DNA of 64,000 nucleotides from an uncultured Chloroflexia bacterium (GTDB taxonomy: Bacteria; Chloroflexota; Dehalococcoidia; Dehalococcoidales; RBG-16-60-22), in the NCBI GenBank assembly GCA_963739395.1, contig CAVUAE010000001.1, forward strand, positions 1,094,056 through 1,158,055, read 5' to 3'. Positions within the stretch are counted from its first letter, which is position 1; every line of letters starts with the position of its first letter. The position numbers and the translations under genes are program-made. This document shows positions 8,420 to 17,768 of the stretch, in pieces. Below the pieces are notes generated by a model. It had not been told where the DNA came from. It did not search any database and worked only from the letters and a program-made list of their open reading frames with translations.

Positions 8420-9553
8420 TTACCACTGCACGAACATCGGCATGACAACGTGCGTGTAATTCTCTGACCCCACCGGACTGATAAGCCCCGGACTGGAAGG
8501 ATTAGTGATTGCCAGGGATACCTGCGATTCATGGAGGACGCTTAAAACATCGGTGAGGTACTTGCCGTTGAAAGCTATTTTGGCTTCGGCGCCCTCTACT
8601 GTGGCGTCGATTTCTCCAACGTCGTCGCCGATTTCTTCCGAGCGTGCCGAGACAGCCAGTTTGCCGGGATTCTTATCGTTGCTAGGTGTCACTACCAGGC
8701 GGACGATACCGCTGCCATCGCGCGCGAATATCGAGGCGGTCTTGGTGGCACGCAGGAATTCCGCCACGCTAACTATAACCCGTGTATTATAACTCTTGGG
8801 GATAAGCTGGGAGTAGTTAGGGAAGGTTCCCTGAACAAGCTGCGAGACTAATTCCGTACTCTTTAAACGGAACAAAACCTGACTCTTGTTGGGATTTAGC
8901 GTGAGGATAACGGCTTCTTCCTGGTCGCCGATAAGCCGATTTAATTCAGCTAAAGTGCGGGCGGGGATTATAACCTCGGTCTTCTCTTTGATTTTATCTT
9001 TAACCGGCATTTTAAAGACCGCCAGCCTGAAGCCATCAGCCGCAGCGAGGGTTAAGGCGCTACCTTCGAACTGGGTGCAGACGCCGGTCAGAACAGGACG
9101 TGATTCTTCGGTAGCGGCGGCGAAGACAACCTGGTTAATCGCCTGACGTAGAGCTTCAACTTCAACCTTGGTGGTGATGCCGTCATCAACGCTGGGGATG
9201 GGAGGAAATTCTTTAGCATCGACGCCGCTGATACGCGCTTCAAAACGGGCGCACTTAAGTCCTAATGTTTTCGTCTGCGGGGAGAGATTGACCGATATCG
9301 TTTCACCGGGTAATGAGCTAACGAATTCCGTAAGCAGTCGGGCTGGCACGGTAATGGAGCCCTCTTCTTCTATTTTGGCGCCAATCCAGCAGCTGATAGC
9401 CATTTCGAGATTAGTAGCGACGAGCTTCAAACGGCCTTCATCAGTGGCTAAAAGAACGTTATTAGTAATGGGCAAGGTCGTCCTGGTAGCTACCGCTCTC
9501 CCGACGATGCTCAATCCACGGTTAAGGTTTTCCTGAAGGCAGGTTAGTTTCAT
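8420..9553 (-). CDS. dnaN: DNA polymerase III beta sliding clamp
   Basis: 377 aa. MKLTCLQENLNRGLSIVGRAV... start, three-domain clamp length, C-terminal NYTHVVMPMFVQW. Confidence 0.93.
   Translation of the reverse strand: MKLTCLQENLNRGLSIVGRAVATRTTLPITNNVLLATDEGRLKLVATNLEMAISCWIGAKIEEEGSITVPARLLTEFVSSLPGETISVNLSPQTKTLGLKCARFEARISGVDAKEFPPIPSVDDGITTKVEVEALRQAINQVVFAAATEESRPVLTGVCTQFEGSALTLAAADGFRLAVFKMPVKDKIKEKTEVIIPARTLAELNRLIGDQEEAVILTLNPNKSQVLFRLKSTELVSQLVQGTFPNYSQLIPKSYNTRVIVSVAEFLRATKTASIFARDGSGIVRLVVTPSNDKNPGKLAVSARSEEIGDDVGEIDATVEGAEAKIAFNGKYLTDVLSVLHESQVSLAITNPSSPGLISPVGSENYTHVVMPMFVQW
8421..8436. repeat. Right copy of 16-nt direct repeat (functional dnaN 3' terminus)
   Basis: TACCACTGCACGAACA is identical to 5958-5973 and encodes the last codons of dnaN on the reverse strand. 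Confidence 0.8.
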
Positions 9554-9605
9554 GGTGCACCCCCAATAATAGCTTTGGTGGACTAGTATACAACATTATA
9601 CAGGA

Positions 9606-10091
9606 CTATTCAAGCTCAATGGTGCCGCTTTTACCGCCGCTTTTTTTCACGAGGCGGATATTCTCGATTTTCATGCCGCGGTCGACGGCTTTACACATAT
9701 CATAAATAGTAAGGGCAGTGACGGCAACGGCAGTCAGCGCTTCCATCTCCACGCCGGTCTTGCCGGTGCTGGAAACGGTGGCGGTGATGCCAATTGTGCT
9801 GGTGGCTTTATCTGGCGAGAACTCAATAGAAACATTACTGATGAGAATTGGATGACAGAGAGGGATGAGGTCGGGGGTTTTTTTCGCTGCCGTGATGCCA
9901 GCTAACTGCGCTGTGGTGAGGACGTCACCTTTGGCTACCTTACCACTCTGGATAAGCTTAAAAGTGGCGGGCTGCATCTTGACCACGCCTTTAGCAATGG
10001 CTATGCGGGCGGTGTCCTCTTTAGCGCTAATGTCCACCATACGAGGTCGCCCGGCGGCATCGACATGGGTCAGCTTTGATGTCTTTTTCAT
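9606..10091 (-). CDS. moaC: Cyclic pyranopterin monophosphate synthase
   Basis: LTHVDAAGRPRMVDISAK, PLCHP, GVEMEALTAV motifs; 161 aa. Confidence 0.93.
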   Translation of the reverse strand: MKKTSKLTHVDAAGRPRMVDISAKEDTARIAIAKGVVKMQPATFKLIQSGKVAKGDVLTTAQLAGITAAKKTPDLIPLCHPILISNVSIEFSPDKATSTIGITATVSSTGKTGVEMEALTAVAVTALTIYDMCKAVDRGMKIENIRLVKKSGGKSGTIELE

Positions 10092-10097
10092 CTTAAC

Positions 10098-11081
10098 TTA
10101 GCCCCCCACCTGGGAGAAAGGACGCCCCTTATGAACGATGCCTTCGGCGAGTTGATGTCCCCTGGGCTTATTGGCGGTGGCTTTGATAATTATTTCCTTA
10201 AGCTCCTCGACGGAGGCGCCGCGGCGGAGGGGTTCGCGTAAATCTATCTCATCCTCGTGGAGAAGGCAGAGGCGGAGTTTGCCATCCGCAGTGAGGCGGA
10301 GTCGGTTGCATTGATAACAGAAATGTTCGGTAACCGGGGTAATAAAACCTACCGTGCCTTTAGCGCCCGGGAAGCGGTAGTATTTGGCGGGTCCGTTGCC
10401 TTTATCCAGCTTGTATGGCTCCATCTTGCCTAAAAAGTCGAGCCGTTTTTTCATTTCTTTGACGGGGACGATGTCGTTAAAATTAAGACTTTCACCATTA
10501 ACAGGCATATGCTCGATGAAGCGTACATGCCAGCCGTCTTCGATGGTCTTGCGGGCGAAATCGGGGAGTTCGTCGTCGTTAATGCCAGCCATAACGACCA
10601 TGTTAATTTTAACGGGGGTGAGGCCTACTTTATTGGCGGTCTCGATACCTTTAAGCGTATCCTCAAGCTCGCCGCAGCGGGTAATTTGCTTAAAGCGTTC
10701 CGGCTTAAGAGTATCTAAACTCACGTTAACGCGCACTAAACCAGCCTTTTTAAGTTCAGCGGCGTACTTGGCGAGAAGGATGCCGTTGGTCGTCAGCGAA
10801 AGGTCTTTAATAGTTTTGATGCTAGCAATCATTTTTATTAGGTCGGGTAAGCCCAAGCGCACCAGCGGTTCGCCCCCGGTAATACGCACCCTGTCAATGC
10901 CGAGTTCGGCAGCGGCTTTAACGAGGGTGAAAATCTCCTCGTAACTCAAGATGTCGACGTGGGACATCAGCGAGATGCCATCCGGCGGCATGCAATAAAT
11001 ACAGCGCAGATTGCACCTGTCTGTCACCGAAATACGCAGGTAATTGATGCGACGCTGGAATGAATCGGCAAGCTTAGTCAT
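10098..11081 (-). CDS. moaA: GTP 3',8-cyclase (radical SAM)
   Basis: CNLRCIYC radical-SAM cluster motif and C-terminal CYQCNRLRLTADGKLRLCL. Start moved to ATG 11081 (MTKLADSF...), because the longer ORF-track N-terminus has no homology pattern and overlaps the divergent gene. Confidence 0.9.
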   Translation of the reverse strand: MTKLADSFQRRINYLRISVTDRCNLRCIYCMPPDGISLMSHVDILSYEEIFTLVKAAAELGIDRVRITGGEPLVRLGLPDLIKMIASIKTIKDLSLTTNGILLAKYAAELKKAGLVRVNVSLDTLKPERFKQITRCGELEDTLKGIETANKVGLTPVKINMVVMAGINDDELPDFARKTIEDGWHVRFIEHMPVNGESLNFNDIVPVKEMKKRLDFLGKMEPYKLDKGNGPAKYYRFPGAKGTVGFITPVTEHFCYQCNRLRLTADGKLRLCLLHEDEIDLREPLRRGASVEELKEIIIKATANKPRGHQLAEGIVHKGRPFSQVGG

Positions 11082-11188
11082 GTTATGCCTTCTAATTGGT
11101 ATTATACAGGAATGAAGAGGGAGTTTACAGTTGATACGAGGAGTAAAAGAGTATAGAATGGTGCGAACAACTGAAGAGAGGAGTTTTA

Positions 11189-12169
11189 ATGGATAATCAG
11201 GGATTTGGCAAAATGCTACAGGCGTTTCACTGGGAAGAGAAAGGGATAAAAGTCGCAACCGCTCTAGCCGATAAATTCAATGAGTATCTCAAAGGCAAAA
11301 CGCCAACGGCCGAGACCGCCTGGGCGTTTTCCAGGCAACTCATAAAAGAAAAGAAAAACAGCATCAGAAACTACATAGCCCTGGTGCTATATTGCCAGTT
11401 TATCCGGAACAATGACATGTACGTCGCTTTTCTGGAACTCGTCGACGGAGGGGAAGTAAGCGATAACCTGTATAAAAAGGTCGTTAAAGTATTCGGGGAG
11501 GAAGTAAGGGACGAGGTCTTTAGTGGAACGGGCGTTGCACCATACGGGACGCCAACGCCGGATAAACCGGCTTATATTCACCCGGTGCTTAAACGACTTG
11601 AGAAAAAAATCGGGTTCAAGACCTGTAGAGAGTTTTTGTCAGGCTGCTTAAGAAACCTGCGGGCGAGAGATTATGCAGAAGAACCGGGACGATACCGCCA
11701 AGCCGGAGACATAGATAAATACCTGATACAGAAAAAAGAAGGGTTCATAGCACAACTGGAAGACTTTCGGCGCGAGGGACGCATGTTTTTCGCCCAGGAA
11801 ATCACGGCGGAAGTTATAGAACTCGTAAAGAAAAACCCGGAAATGGGAGCGGGGAAAAGGAATGGCAACATTATTTACGAGACCAAGATACCGTATATGG
11901 CCAAACAATACCTCGCCGCAACCGACCCCATTTTAAAGCGTTACTATTCCTGCCACTGTCCCTGGGCGCGCGACGCTATAAAGAACGGTGACGTAAACAT
12001 AGCCAGGAATTTGTGCTATTGCAGCGGCGGTTTCATGAAGAAATCCTGGGAAGTGATTTTTAAACAGCCCTTGAAAGTGGAAGTGCTGGAAAGCGTATTA
12101 AGTGGAGGGGAATGCTGCCGATTTGCCATCCACTTACCTAAAGAGGCGCTGGCGGGTAAGAAAAAATAA
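11189..12169 (+). CDS. Cys-rich hypothetical protein
   Basis: Long ORF divergent from moaA. C-terminal Cys cluster CHCPW...CYCSGG...GGECCRF suggests a metal site. No family recognised. Confidence 0.5.
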   Translation: MDNQGFGKMLQAFHWEEKGIKVATALADKFNEYLKGKTPTAETAWAFSRQLIKEKKNSIRNYIALVLYCQFIRNNDMYVAFLELVDGGEVSDNLYKKVVKVFGEEVRDEVFSGTGVAPYGTPTPDKPAYIHPVLKRLEKKIGFKTCREFLSGCLRNLRARDYAEEPGRYRQAGDIDKYLIQKKEGFIAQLEDFRREGRMFFAQEITAEVIELVKKNPEMGAGKRNGNIIYETKIPYMAKQYLAATDPILKRYYSCHCPWARDAIKNGDVNIARNLCYCSGGFMKKSWEVIFKQPLKVEVLESVLSGGECCRFAIHLPKEALAGKKK

Positions 12170-12333
12170 GAGACGTCAAATATTTAAATTACACTCGTTG
12201 ATATAGCTGACAATCAACCTATTTGACTTAAATTGCGGCAAAACAGGTCAAGATTATTGCGCCATCCCGTATTATACTTACTTTACGAGGTGATAATACG
12301 AACGACCGGGGAAACATAGAAGCGGCACAGCGG

Positions 12334-13212
12334 ATGCAGGACTTTATCGAACGGCACGTGACGGATCCGATAACCCTGCATATGCTGGCTAAAGCGGCGG
12401 GGTATTCGCCGTGGCATGCCGCCAGGATTTTTAAGGAACTGACCGGTAAAACACCCTTCGAGTACATCAGGGAGTTAAGGCTGTCGCGCGCGGCTGAAAA
12501 ACTCCGGGACGAAGACACCAGAATAGTCGACGTCGCTCTTGATTTCGTCTTTGAATCGCACGAAGGTTTTACCCGAGCTTTTTCCAAACAGTTCGGCATG
12601 AGTCCGCGGGACTACACGAAAAACAAGCCGCCGTTAAAACTTTTTATGCCGGAACGGATTCGTGATTATTACCTTAGACTAGAAAAAGGAGAAAAAATCA
12701 TGGTCAGTAAAACAAAAGCAAGTACGGTTTTCGTGCAGGTTATCGACCGACCGGCCCGTAAGTTGGTAATCAGGCGAGGCATAAAAGCTCCCAATTACTT
12801 TGAATACTGCGATGAAGTGGGCTGCGATATCTGGAAAGAACTTTGCAATGTAAAAGAGGCGTTGTATGAGCCTATCGGGATGTGGCTGCCGAAGAACCTG
12901 GTCAAGCCGGGTACATCAGTCTACGCGCAGGGTGTGGAAGTGCCGGAGGACTTTAATGGTAAAGTGCCGGAAGGATGCGAAATCATCAAACTAAAGCCAT
13001 GCAAGATGATGGTCTTCCAGGGTCCGCCTTACGAGGATTGTGATTTCCAGCAGGCGATAGGCGACTTGTGGGAAGTAATGAAAAGTTATAACCCAGAACT
13101 ATATGGCTTTGCTTGGGCGGATGAAGACGGTCCGAGGTTTCAACTGGAGCCGCAGGGCTATCGCGGTTATATCGAAGCCAGACCGGTAAGACAGGTAAAT
13201 AAGAAAAAATAA
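12334..13212 (+). CDS. AraC-family transcription regulator with GyrI-like effector domain
   Basis: N-terminal HTH LAKAAGYSPWHAARIFKELTGKTPFEYIRELRL and SHEGFTRAFSKQFGMSP, followed by a C-terminal domain of about 150 aa. Confidence 0.85.
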   Translation: MQDFIERHVTDPITLHMLAKAAGYSPWHAARIFKELTGKTPFEYIRELRLSRAAEKLRDEDTRIVDVALDFVFESHEGFTRAFSKQFGMSPRDYTKNKPPLKLFMPERIRDYYLRLEKGEKIMVSKTKASTVFVQVIDRPARKLVIRRGIKAPNYFEYCDEVGCDIWKELCNVKEALYEPIGMWLPKNLVKPGTSVYAQGVEVPEDFNGKVPEGCEIIKLKPCKMMVFQGPPYEDCDFQQAIGDLWEVMKSYNPELYGFAWADEDGPRFQLEPQGYRGYIEARPVRQVNKKK

Positions 13213-13213
13213 G

Positions 13214-13804
13214 TTACATCGTCATCAGAATGGCGCGGGCTTTTTCCGCTGCCCGCGCCCGGTGACTGATTAGATTTTTCTCCCTCAAGGTTAATTCCGC
13301 CATTGTTTTCTCCAACTCCGGCAGATAAAAAACGGGGTCATAACCAAAACCATTAATGCCCCTCGGTTTATCAATAATCAGTCCCTGGCAAGAGCCGGAA
13401 CCAATTTCAACTCTGCCGCTAGGTTCAGCGATAGCGATAACGCAGCGGAACTGGGCGGCGCGGTTTTTAGACGGGGCATTCTTAAGTTTAGCCAGCAGGA
13501 ACTCGATTCTTTCAGTATCGGTGGCGTTTTCACCAGCAAAGCGACTGGAACGAACACCGGGCGCACCGCCAAGAGCATCAACTTCTAAACCAGAGTCGTC
13601 AGCGAGGGTGAGTAGATTGCTGGCGGAGGCAAAAGTGGTAGCTTTTAGGATGGCATTTTCTTCAAAGGTGGCACCGGTCTCGGTAACATCAATGGTAATG
13701 CCTAAGTCGGCGAGGGTAATGATATCAAATGGGATTTTGAAAAGCAGACGGCGGTACTCACGTAGTTTGCCTTTATTATTCGTTGCCAGCAAGAGTTTTT
13801 CCAT
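13214..13804 (-). CDS. rdgB: dITP/XTP pyrophosphatase (HAM1/RdgB)
   Basis: LLATNNKGKLREY, EETGATFEENA-like, FGYDPVF, SHRARA motifs. Confidence 0.92.
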   Translation of the reverse strand: MEKLLLATNNKGKLREYRRLLFKIPFDIITLADLGITIDVTETGATFEENAILKATTFASASNLLTLADDSGLEVDALGGAPGVRSSRFAGENATDTERIEFLLAKLKNAPSKNRAAQFRCVIAIAEPSGRVEIGSGSCQGLIIDKPRGINGFGYDPVFYLPELEKTMAELTLREKNLISHRARAAEKARAILMTM

Positions 13805-13812
13805 GGCGTTCG

Positions 13813-14349
13813 CTAATATTCGATACCTTTTCTGGCTTTGATGCCTTTATCAAAGGGGTGCTTGATTTTCACCATCTCAGTGACAAGGTCGGCGGCCTCG
13901 ATAAGCTTTTTAGCAGCATTGCGGCCGGTGAGGATAAGCTCGACATGGGACGGTTTATCTTTAATAAGCTGAATTACTTCCTTCACCTTGATAAGTCCTA
14001 GATGGCAGGCGTAATTAATTTCATCAAGCATTACCAGGTCGTATTTGCCGCTGGTTATGTCCTTACGGGAGGCGGTAAGGGCGGCTTTAGCTTGGGCTAT
14101 TTCTTTGGGATTAATTTCTTTATTATTACCGATGAAGTGACGTAAACCAAAAGCGGAAACTTTAACGTTAGGGAGGGTGGCGAGAGTTTTATATTCGCCC
14201 TGAGAAAAATGACCTTTAATAAAGAAAATAACTGATATTTTAAAACCATGCCCGGCCGCTCGGAGAACCGTGCCCAGCGCGGCGGTGGTTTTACCCTTAC
14301 CATTACCGGTGAAAATCTGAACCAAGCCTTTGGCGATTTTTCGAGGCAA
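13813..14349 (-). CDS. cobO: Cob(I)yrinic acid a,c-diamide adenosyltransferase
   Basis: P-loop TGNGKGKTTAALG, VMLDEINY, ILTGRNA motifs. Confidence 0.9.
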   Translation of the reverse strand: MPRKIAKGLVQIFTGNGKGKTTAALGTVLRAAGHGFKISVIFFIKGHFSQGEYKTLATLPNVKVSAFGLRHFIGNNKEINPKEIAQAKAALTASRKDITSGKYDLVMLDEINYACHLGLIKVKEVIQLIKDKPSHVELILTGRNAAKKLIEAADLVTEMVKIKHPFDKGIKARKGIEY

Positions 14350-14374
14350 AGAACTCCTTTTTTGGGGTAGTATT

Positions 14375-14941
14375 TTAAGCTCTTTTCAAGGCTTTTGGTC
14401 TGGTGCGGAAAAAAGTGGTGATGCCGATAAGCGCCGGTAATGCTATGCCATAGCCAATAAGGATAGGCTCGACTCTAAACGCAAGGTCGACAAGGGGCAA
14501 GGCAATAAAGGTAAAAGCCATCGCGGGGGTAACATTGCGTCTCCAAATAAGAATCAGTAGAGTTGGTATAGTGAGTATCAACATCGGAATGGTAACCAGA
14601 ACATATAAAATACCTATTGTGGTGCTGACGCCGCGGCCGCCGCGGAAACCGAGGAAAATGGGCCAGTTATGACCAGCGACTGCCGCTAAACCGGCGAGGA
14701 AGACAATCGGCTGGGACATACTGACTGTTTGAGCGATGAGGATAACCGCCGAGCCTTTGACGGCATCAATAATACCAACCAGAATGCCTGCCTTAGCGCC
14801 CAACTCATGATAAGCGTTAGCCGCGCCGGCATTTTCATCGCCTATACGACGGATATCACGCCCGACGGTAATACGACCCATGAGGTAAGACGTCGGCAAT
14901 GAGCCAAGGACATAACTTAGAACAATAATAAACCAAGGCAT
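14375..14941 (-). CDS. plsY: Glycerol-3-phosphate acyltransferase PlsY
   Basis: Polytopic membrane protein with GSLPTSYL, DIRRIGDENAGAANA, GFRGGRGVST. Start moved to ATG 14941, because the longer ORF would run into the tRNA-Leu gene. Confidence 0.85.
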   Translation of the reverse strand: MPWFIIVLSYVLGSLPTSYLMGRITVGRDIRRIGDENAGAANAYHELGAKAGILVGIIDAVKGSAVILIAQTVSMSQPIVFLAGLAAVAGHNWPIFLGFRGGRGVSTTIGILYVLVTIPMLILTIPTLLILIWRRNVTPAMAFTFIALPLVDLAFRVEPILIGYGIALPALIGITTFFRTRPKALKRA

Positions 14942-14956
14942 ATTTTTATCTCTTAG

Positions 14957-15037
<81 letters not shown>

Positions 15038-15208
15038 CTGCGCTAAAGCTTCTGGCCGATAAACCGGCTTATACAAAGTAATTTTAGGTGGGTATTGGGT
15101 GGGGTGTCAAGGATAAACTGAATGCTTTAAAAAAAGATACACGGCAACACAGTCTTCATACCGGTTGCCGTGTTAAGCCAGACTAATATCAAATTTTAGA
15201 TAATGATA

Positions 15209-15577
15209 TTATTTAAAACCGCGATTTGTGTAATTCATGAAGCCGATAATGACAGCCACAATAGCGAACAGCATTTCAAAAATAAGACCAAAATCGATGA
15301 TTGAACCCTCTAGGCGGACGGCATAAATAATTGCACCGACTAATGCCAGAACGCCAACGACCATTAAGCCCAAGGCTCTGGCTTTAGCGTTGGCTAGAAA
15401 AGCGAGACCAAGGCCGAGGATAGCGGCAACACAGGACATAGCGCCCCAATTCGATGTGCCAGTAGTGCCGGCTATACCATTAAAACTGGCCCAGGGTAAA
15501 AAGATAGCGGTGAAAAGTATCATAGCGCAGATGACTAATGTAGGCATATGAGCCTTAGATTTAAAACTGATATCCAA
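15209..15577 (-). CDS. Small integral membrane protein (about 4 TM helices)
   Basis: 122 aa, almost entirely hydrophobic helices. RBS AGGAGG upstream. Confidence 0.6.
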   Translation of the reverse strand: MDISFKSKAHMPTLVICAMILFTAIFLPWASFNGIAGTTGTSNWGAMSCVAAILGLGLAFLANAKARALGLMVVGVLALVGAIIYAVRLEGSIIDFGLIFEMLFAIVAVIIGFMNYTNRGFK

Positions 15578-15768
15578 TTTTATTCCTCCTATAAACTAAT
15601 TTACTTAAAAATTCCACTCGGATTATTTTTACGATAAACACCTCCTTAGAGAGTCTTAGAAGCGTGGTATTTTTTGATAATAATAGGAATATTGTAAGAG
15701 CTTATTTTAAGCCTGTCAAGGTAACTAATAAATAAAATGATGTTTTTGCGTAAAATTATTTATGAGTA

Positions 15769-15797
15769 TTGACAAATATCTCTTTTCGTATTATTAT
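15769..15797 (+). promoter_or_regulatory. Sigma70-like promoter, probably producing a leaderless mRNA
   Basis: TTGACA (15769-15774) - 17 nt - TATTAT (15792-15797). ATG at 15804 is 7 nt after the -10 element. Confidence 0.55.
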
Positions 15798-15803
15798 GCG
15801 CAA

Positions 15804-16076
15804 ATGACGATGTCGCAGAACGATATCAGACCCAGATTCGTTAAAGGGCAGAAGGTTGTCATCAAACCCGTTAATGAAAAAGGCGCTTCCAAACGGGAAT
15901 ATGACGTTAATGAATTCGCCGGCGAAATCGGCGAAATTTCAAACTACTATTATATTAACGTGGGTATCAACCAGGTTTTCTTTCTTTATAACGTGAAAGT
16001 TGGCAAGGAAAAGAAGGAAATAACGGTTTATGAGGACGAACTAGAGCCGGTTTTGTGGGAAGAGGAAAAGAACTAG
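15804..16076 (+). CDS. Hypothetical protein (90 aa)
   Basis: Start moved from 15762 to ATG 15804 because the consensus promoter lies inside the longer ORF. Confidence 0.5.
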   Translation: MTMSQNDIRPRFVKGQKVVIKPVNEKGASKREYDVNEFAGEIGEISNYYYINVGINQVFFLYNVKVGKEKKEITVYEDELEPVLWEEEKN

Positions 16077-16135
16077 GTTTTTAAGCGCGGCTAGTCAGGG
16101 GAAAAGGCAAACCGCGTTTTTTTGTTTAAAAAATT

Positions 16136-16211
16136 TGGAGGCGACGGGCGGATTCGGACCGCCGAATAGGGGTTTTGCAGACCCCCGCCTTAACCACTTG
16201 GCCACGTCGCC
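16136..16211 (-). tRNA. tRNA-Cys (anticodon GCA), CCA encoded
   Basis: Reverse strand GGCGACG-TG-GCC..GGC-G-GGGGT-CTGCAAA-ACCCC-TATTC-GGCGG-TCCGAAT-CCGCC-CGTCGCC-T-CCA; a perfect cloverleaf. Confidence 0.92.
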
Positions 16212-16298
16212 CTTCAAAGTGAAGCTTCAGGGTGAACCTTGACGTCTTTTATTCTATGATAAATCAGCTTACGATGCAATGTTTCATATAGTATCGTC

Positions 16299-16601
16299 TT
16301 AAAGGCGCTGGGTGAGGAACCACTGCCTGAATTCTGGGTGTTTCATGTTAGTGCCGCGGTCGAAATAGATTTCATACATCTCGCCCTCTGCGGTTTTGAC
16401 GCGATAATAATTGCGATGGCGACGTGTCCGCCAGGTCTTACTGGTCTCACTGGGCGCGAAGCCAAAATCTGGCCATGACTCCAGCACTTCGGTAATTATG
16501 TATTCACGCTCTTTAAACTTGAAAGACACAGGTACTTTAGCTTCAGTTTCTCCACCTCTCGTGATAACCTCTATCTTTTGACCGAAATAGCGTTCTGGCA
16601 T
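16299..16601 (-). CDS. Hypothetical protein
   Basis: ORF-track frame. The likely start is MPERYFGQK at 16601, since the longer form adds a hydrophobic stretch with no RBS. No family recognised. Confidence 0.45.
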   Translation of the reverse strand: MPERYFGQKIEVITRGGETEAKVPVSFKFKEREYIITEVLESWPDFGFAPSETSKTWRTRRHRNYYRVKTAEGEMYEIYFDRGTNMKHPEFRQWFLTQRL

Positions 16602-16729
16602 AAGTATTATTATGCTAACGGCGGCAAGGCTGAATGTCAACGTTTAATTTGCAGACTAATTCGTATATCTGTTAATCTAGGGCTGTAAGGCTTCGACCTG
16701 AAGGGGTCTCCTGAATAGGAGGTGCCGCG

Positions 16730-17767
16730 ATGAAACAAACCTATGCTACCGCCGGCGTGAATATCGACCTGAAGTCAAAAGTTATTTCCCAAATCGGCAA
16801 GTACGCCCGCGCTACCTTGCGTCCCGAAGTTTTAAGCGGGGTGGGGTTTTTCGGGGGACTTTTCGAGATGAAGGGCTATAAAAAGCCGGTCATCGTTTCC
16901 AGCGTGGACGGCGTGGGCACGAAGCTAAAGATTGCCGCCGTCTTGAATAAATACGATACGGTCGGCAAGGACATCGTCAGCCACTGCGTCAACGACATTT
17001 TCACCTGCGGCGCCGAGCCAATTTTCTTTTTGGACTATATCGCCGTTGGCAAGGTAGTGCCAAATAGGCTGGAAGCTGTTGGTAAAGGACTGGCGGAAGC
17101 CTGCAAAGAATTAGGCTGCGCGTTAATCGGCGGCGAAACAGCGGAGATGCCGGGCGTTTATAAAGGCGACGACTTCGACCTGGTGGGGTTCGTGGTAGGG
17201 GTAGTGGAAAAAGACAAGATAATGATGGGTAAGGATATTAAGGCGGGGGATGTGATAATCGCTTTGCCTTCGAATGGACTGCACACCAACGGATATTCGC
17301 TAGCGCGTAAGGTCTTCGGGGAAACAGCCAAGGATTTAAACAAAAGATACACAGAGCTGGGTGGGACTGTTGGTAATGTGCTGATGAAGACGCATATCTG
17401 TTATTATAACCAGCTAAAACCTTGGCTGAAAGACATTAAGGGGCTGGCGCATATTACAGGCGGGGGAATCGTGGGCAACCTGCCGCGCACTTTGCCCAAA
17501 GGTCTTGCCGCCAAACTCGATAGCAAGAAATGGAAAGTGCCGCCCATTTTTAACTTGCTTAAGAAAAACGGTGATGTCGATATTCAAGAAATGTACCGCG
17601 TGTTCAACATGGGCATCGGCATGGCGGTTATTTGTGCGACGGAGAATGTAAAAAAGCTGACCAAAGCTCTACCTGAAGCTAAAGTAGTGGGGGAAGTTGT
17701 TAAGCAAAAGGGAGAAGCGCGGGTAATTATCGACGGGCGGGGCTACCGGCAGGATAAAGTGGCATAA
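16730..17767 (+). CDS. purM: Phosphoribosylformylglycinamidine cyclo-ligase (AIR synthetase)
   Basis: DGVGTKLKIA, GGETAEMPG, HITGGG motifs. RBS AGGAGG upstream. Confidence 0.95.
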   Translation: MKQTYATAGVNIDLKSKVISQIGKYARATLRPEVLSGVGFFGGLFEMKGYKKPVIVSSVDGVGTKLKIAAVLNKYDTVGKDIVSHCVNDIFTCGAEPIFFLDYIAVGKVVPNRLEAVGKGLAEACKELGCALIGGETAEMPGVYKGDDFDLVGFVVGVVEKDKIMMGKDIKAGDVIIALPSNGLHTNGYSLARKVFGETAKDLNKRYTELGGTVGNVLMKTHICYYNQLKPWLKDIKGLAHITGGGIVGNLPRTLPKGLAAKLDSKKWKVPPIFNLLKKNGDVDIQEMYRVFNMGIGMAVICATENVKKLTKALPEAKVVGEVVKQKGEARVIIDGRGYRQDKVA

Positions 17768-17768
17768 G

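Larger units (their letters stand above)
5974..8420. mobile_element. AT-rich 2.4-kb islet inserted at the dnaN 3' end (integrase-less remnant)
   Basis: Bounded by the duplicated dnaN terminus. Composition is visibly more AT-rich than flanking genes. Carries a single ATPase gene with its own promoter. Confidence 0.5.

Noticed and set aside
8505-9536. Three plus-strand ORFs (95, 86 and 122 aa) inside dnaN
   Set aside because: They are antisense shadows of a strongly supported dnaN. Their Ser/Arg/Ala-rich composition is typical of reverse-frame translation. The same logic applies to the many short antisense ORFs inside moaA, nrdJ (23314-24264), folC, the ATPase, aor, mvhA, hdrA, nuoF and fdhA.
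8420-9605. Replication origin next to dnaN
   Set aside because: dnaA is not adjacent, since moaC lies upstream, and I found no TTATCCACA-type DnaA-box cluster in the flanking intergenic regions.
11082-11258. 59-aa N-terminal extension of MoaA in the ORF track
   Set aside because: It has no RBS and no similarity pattern, and it overlaps the divergent gene's start region. The conserved MoaA N-terminus begins at MTKLADSF (ATG 11081).
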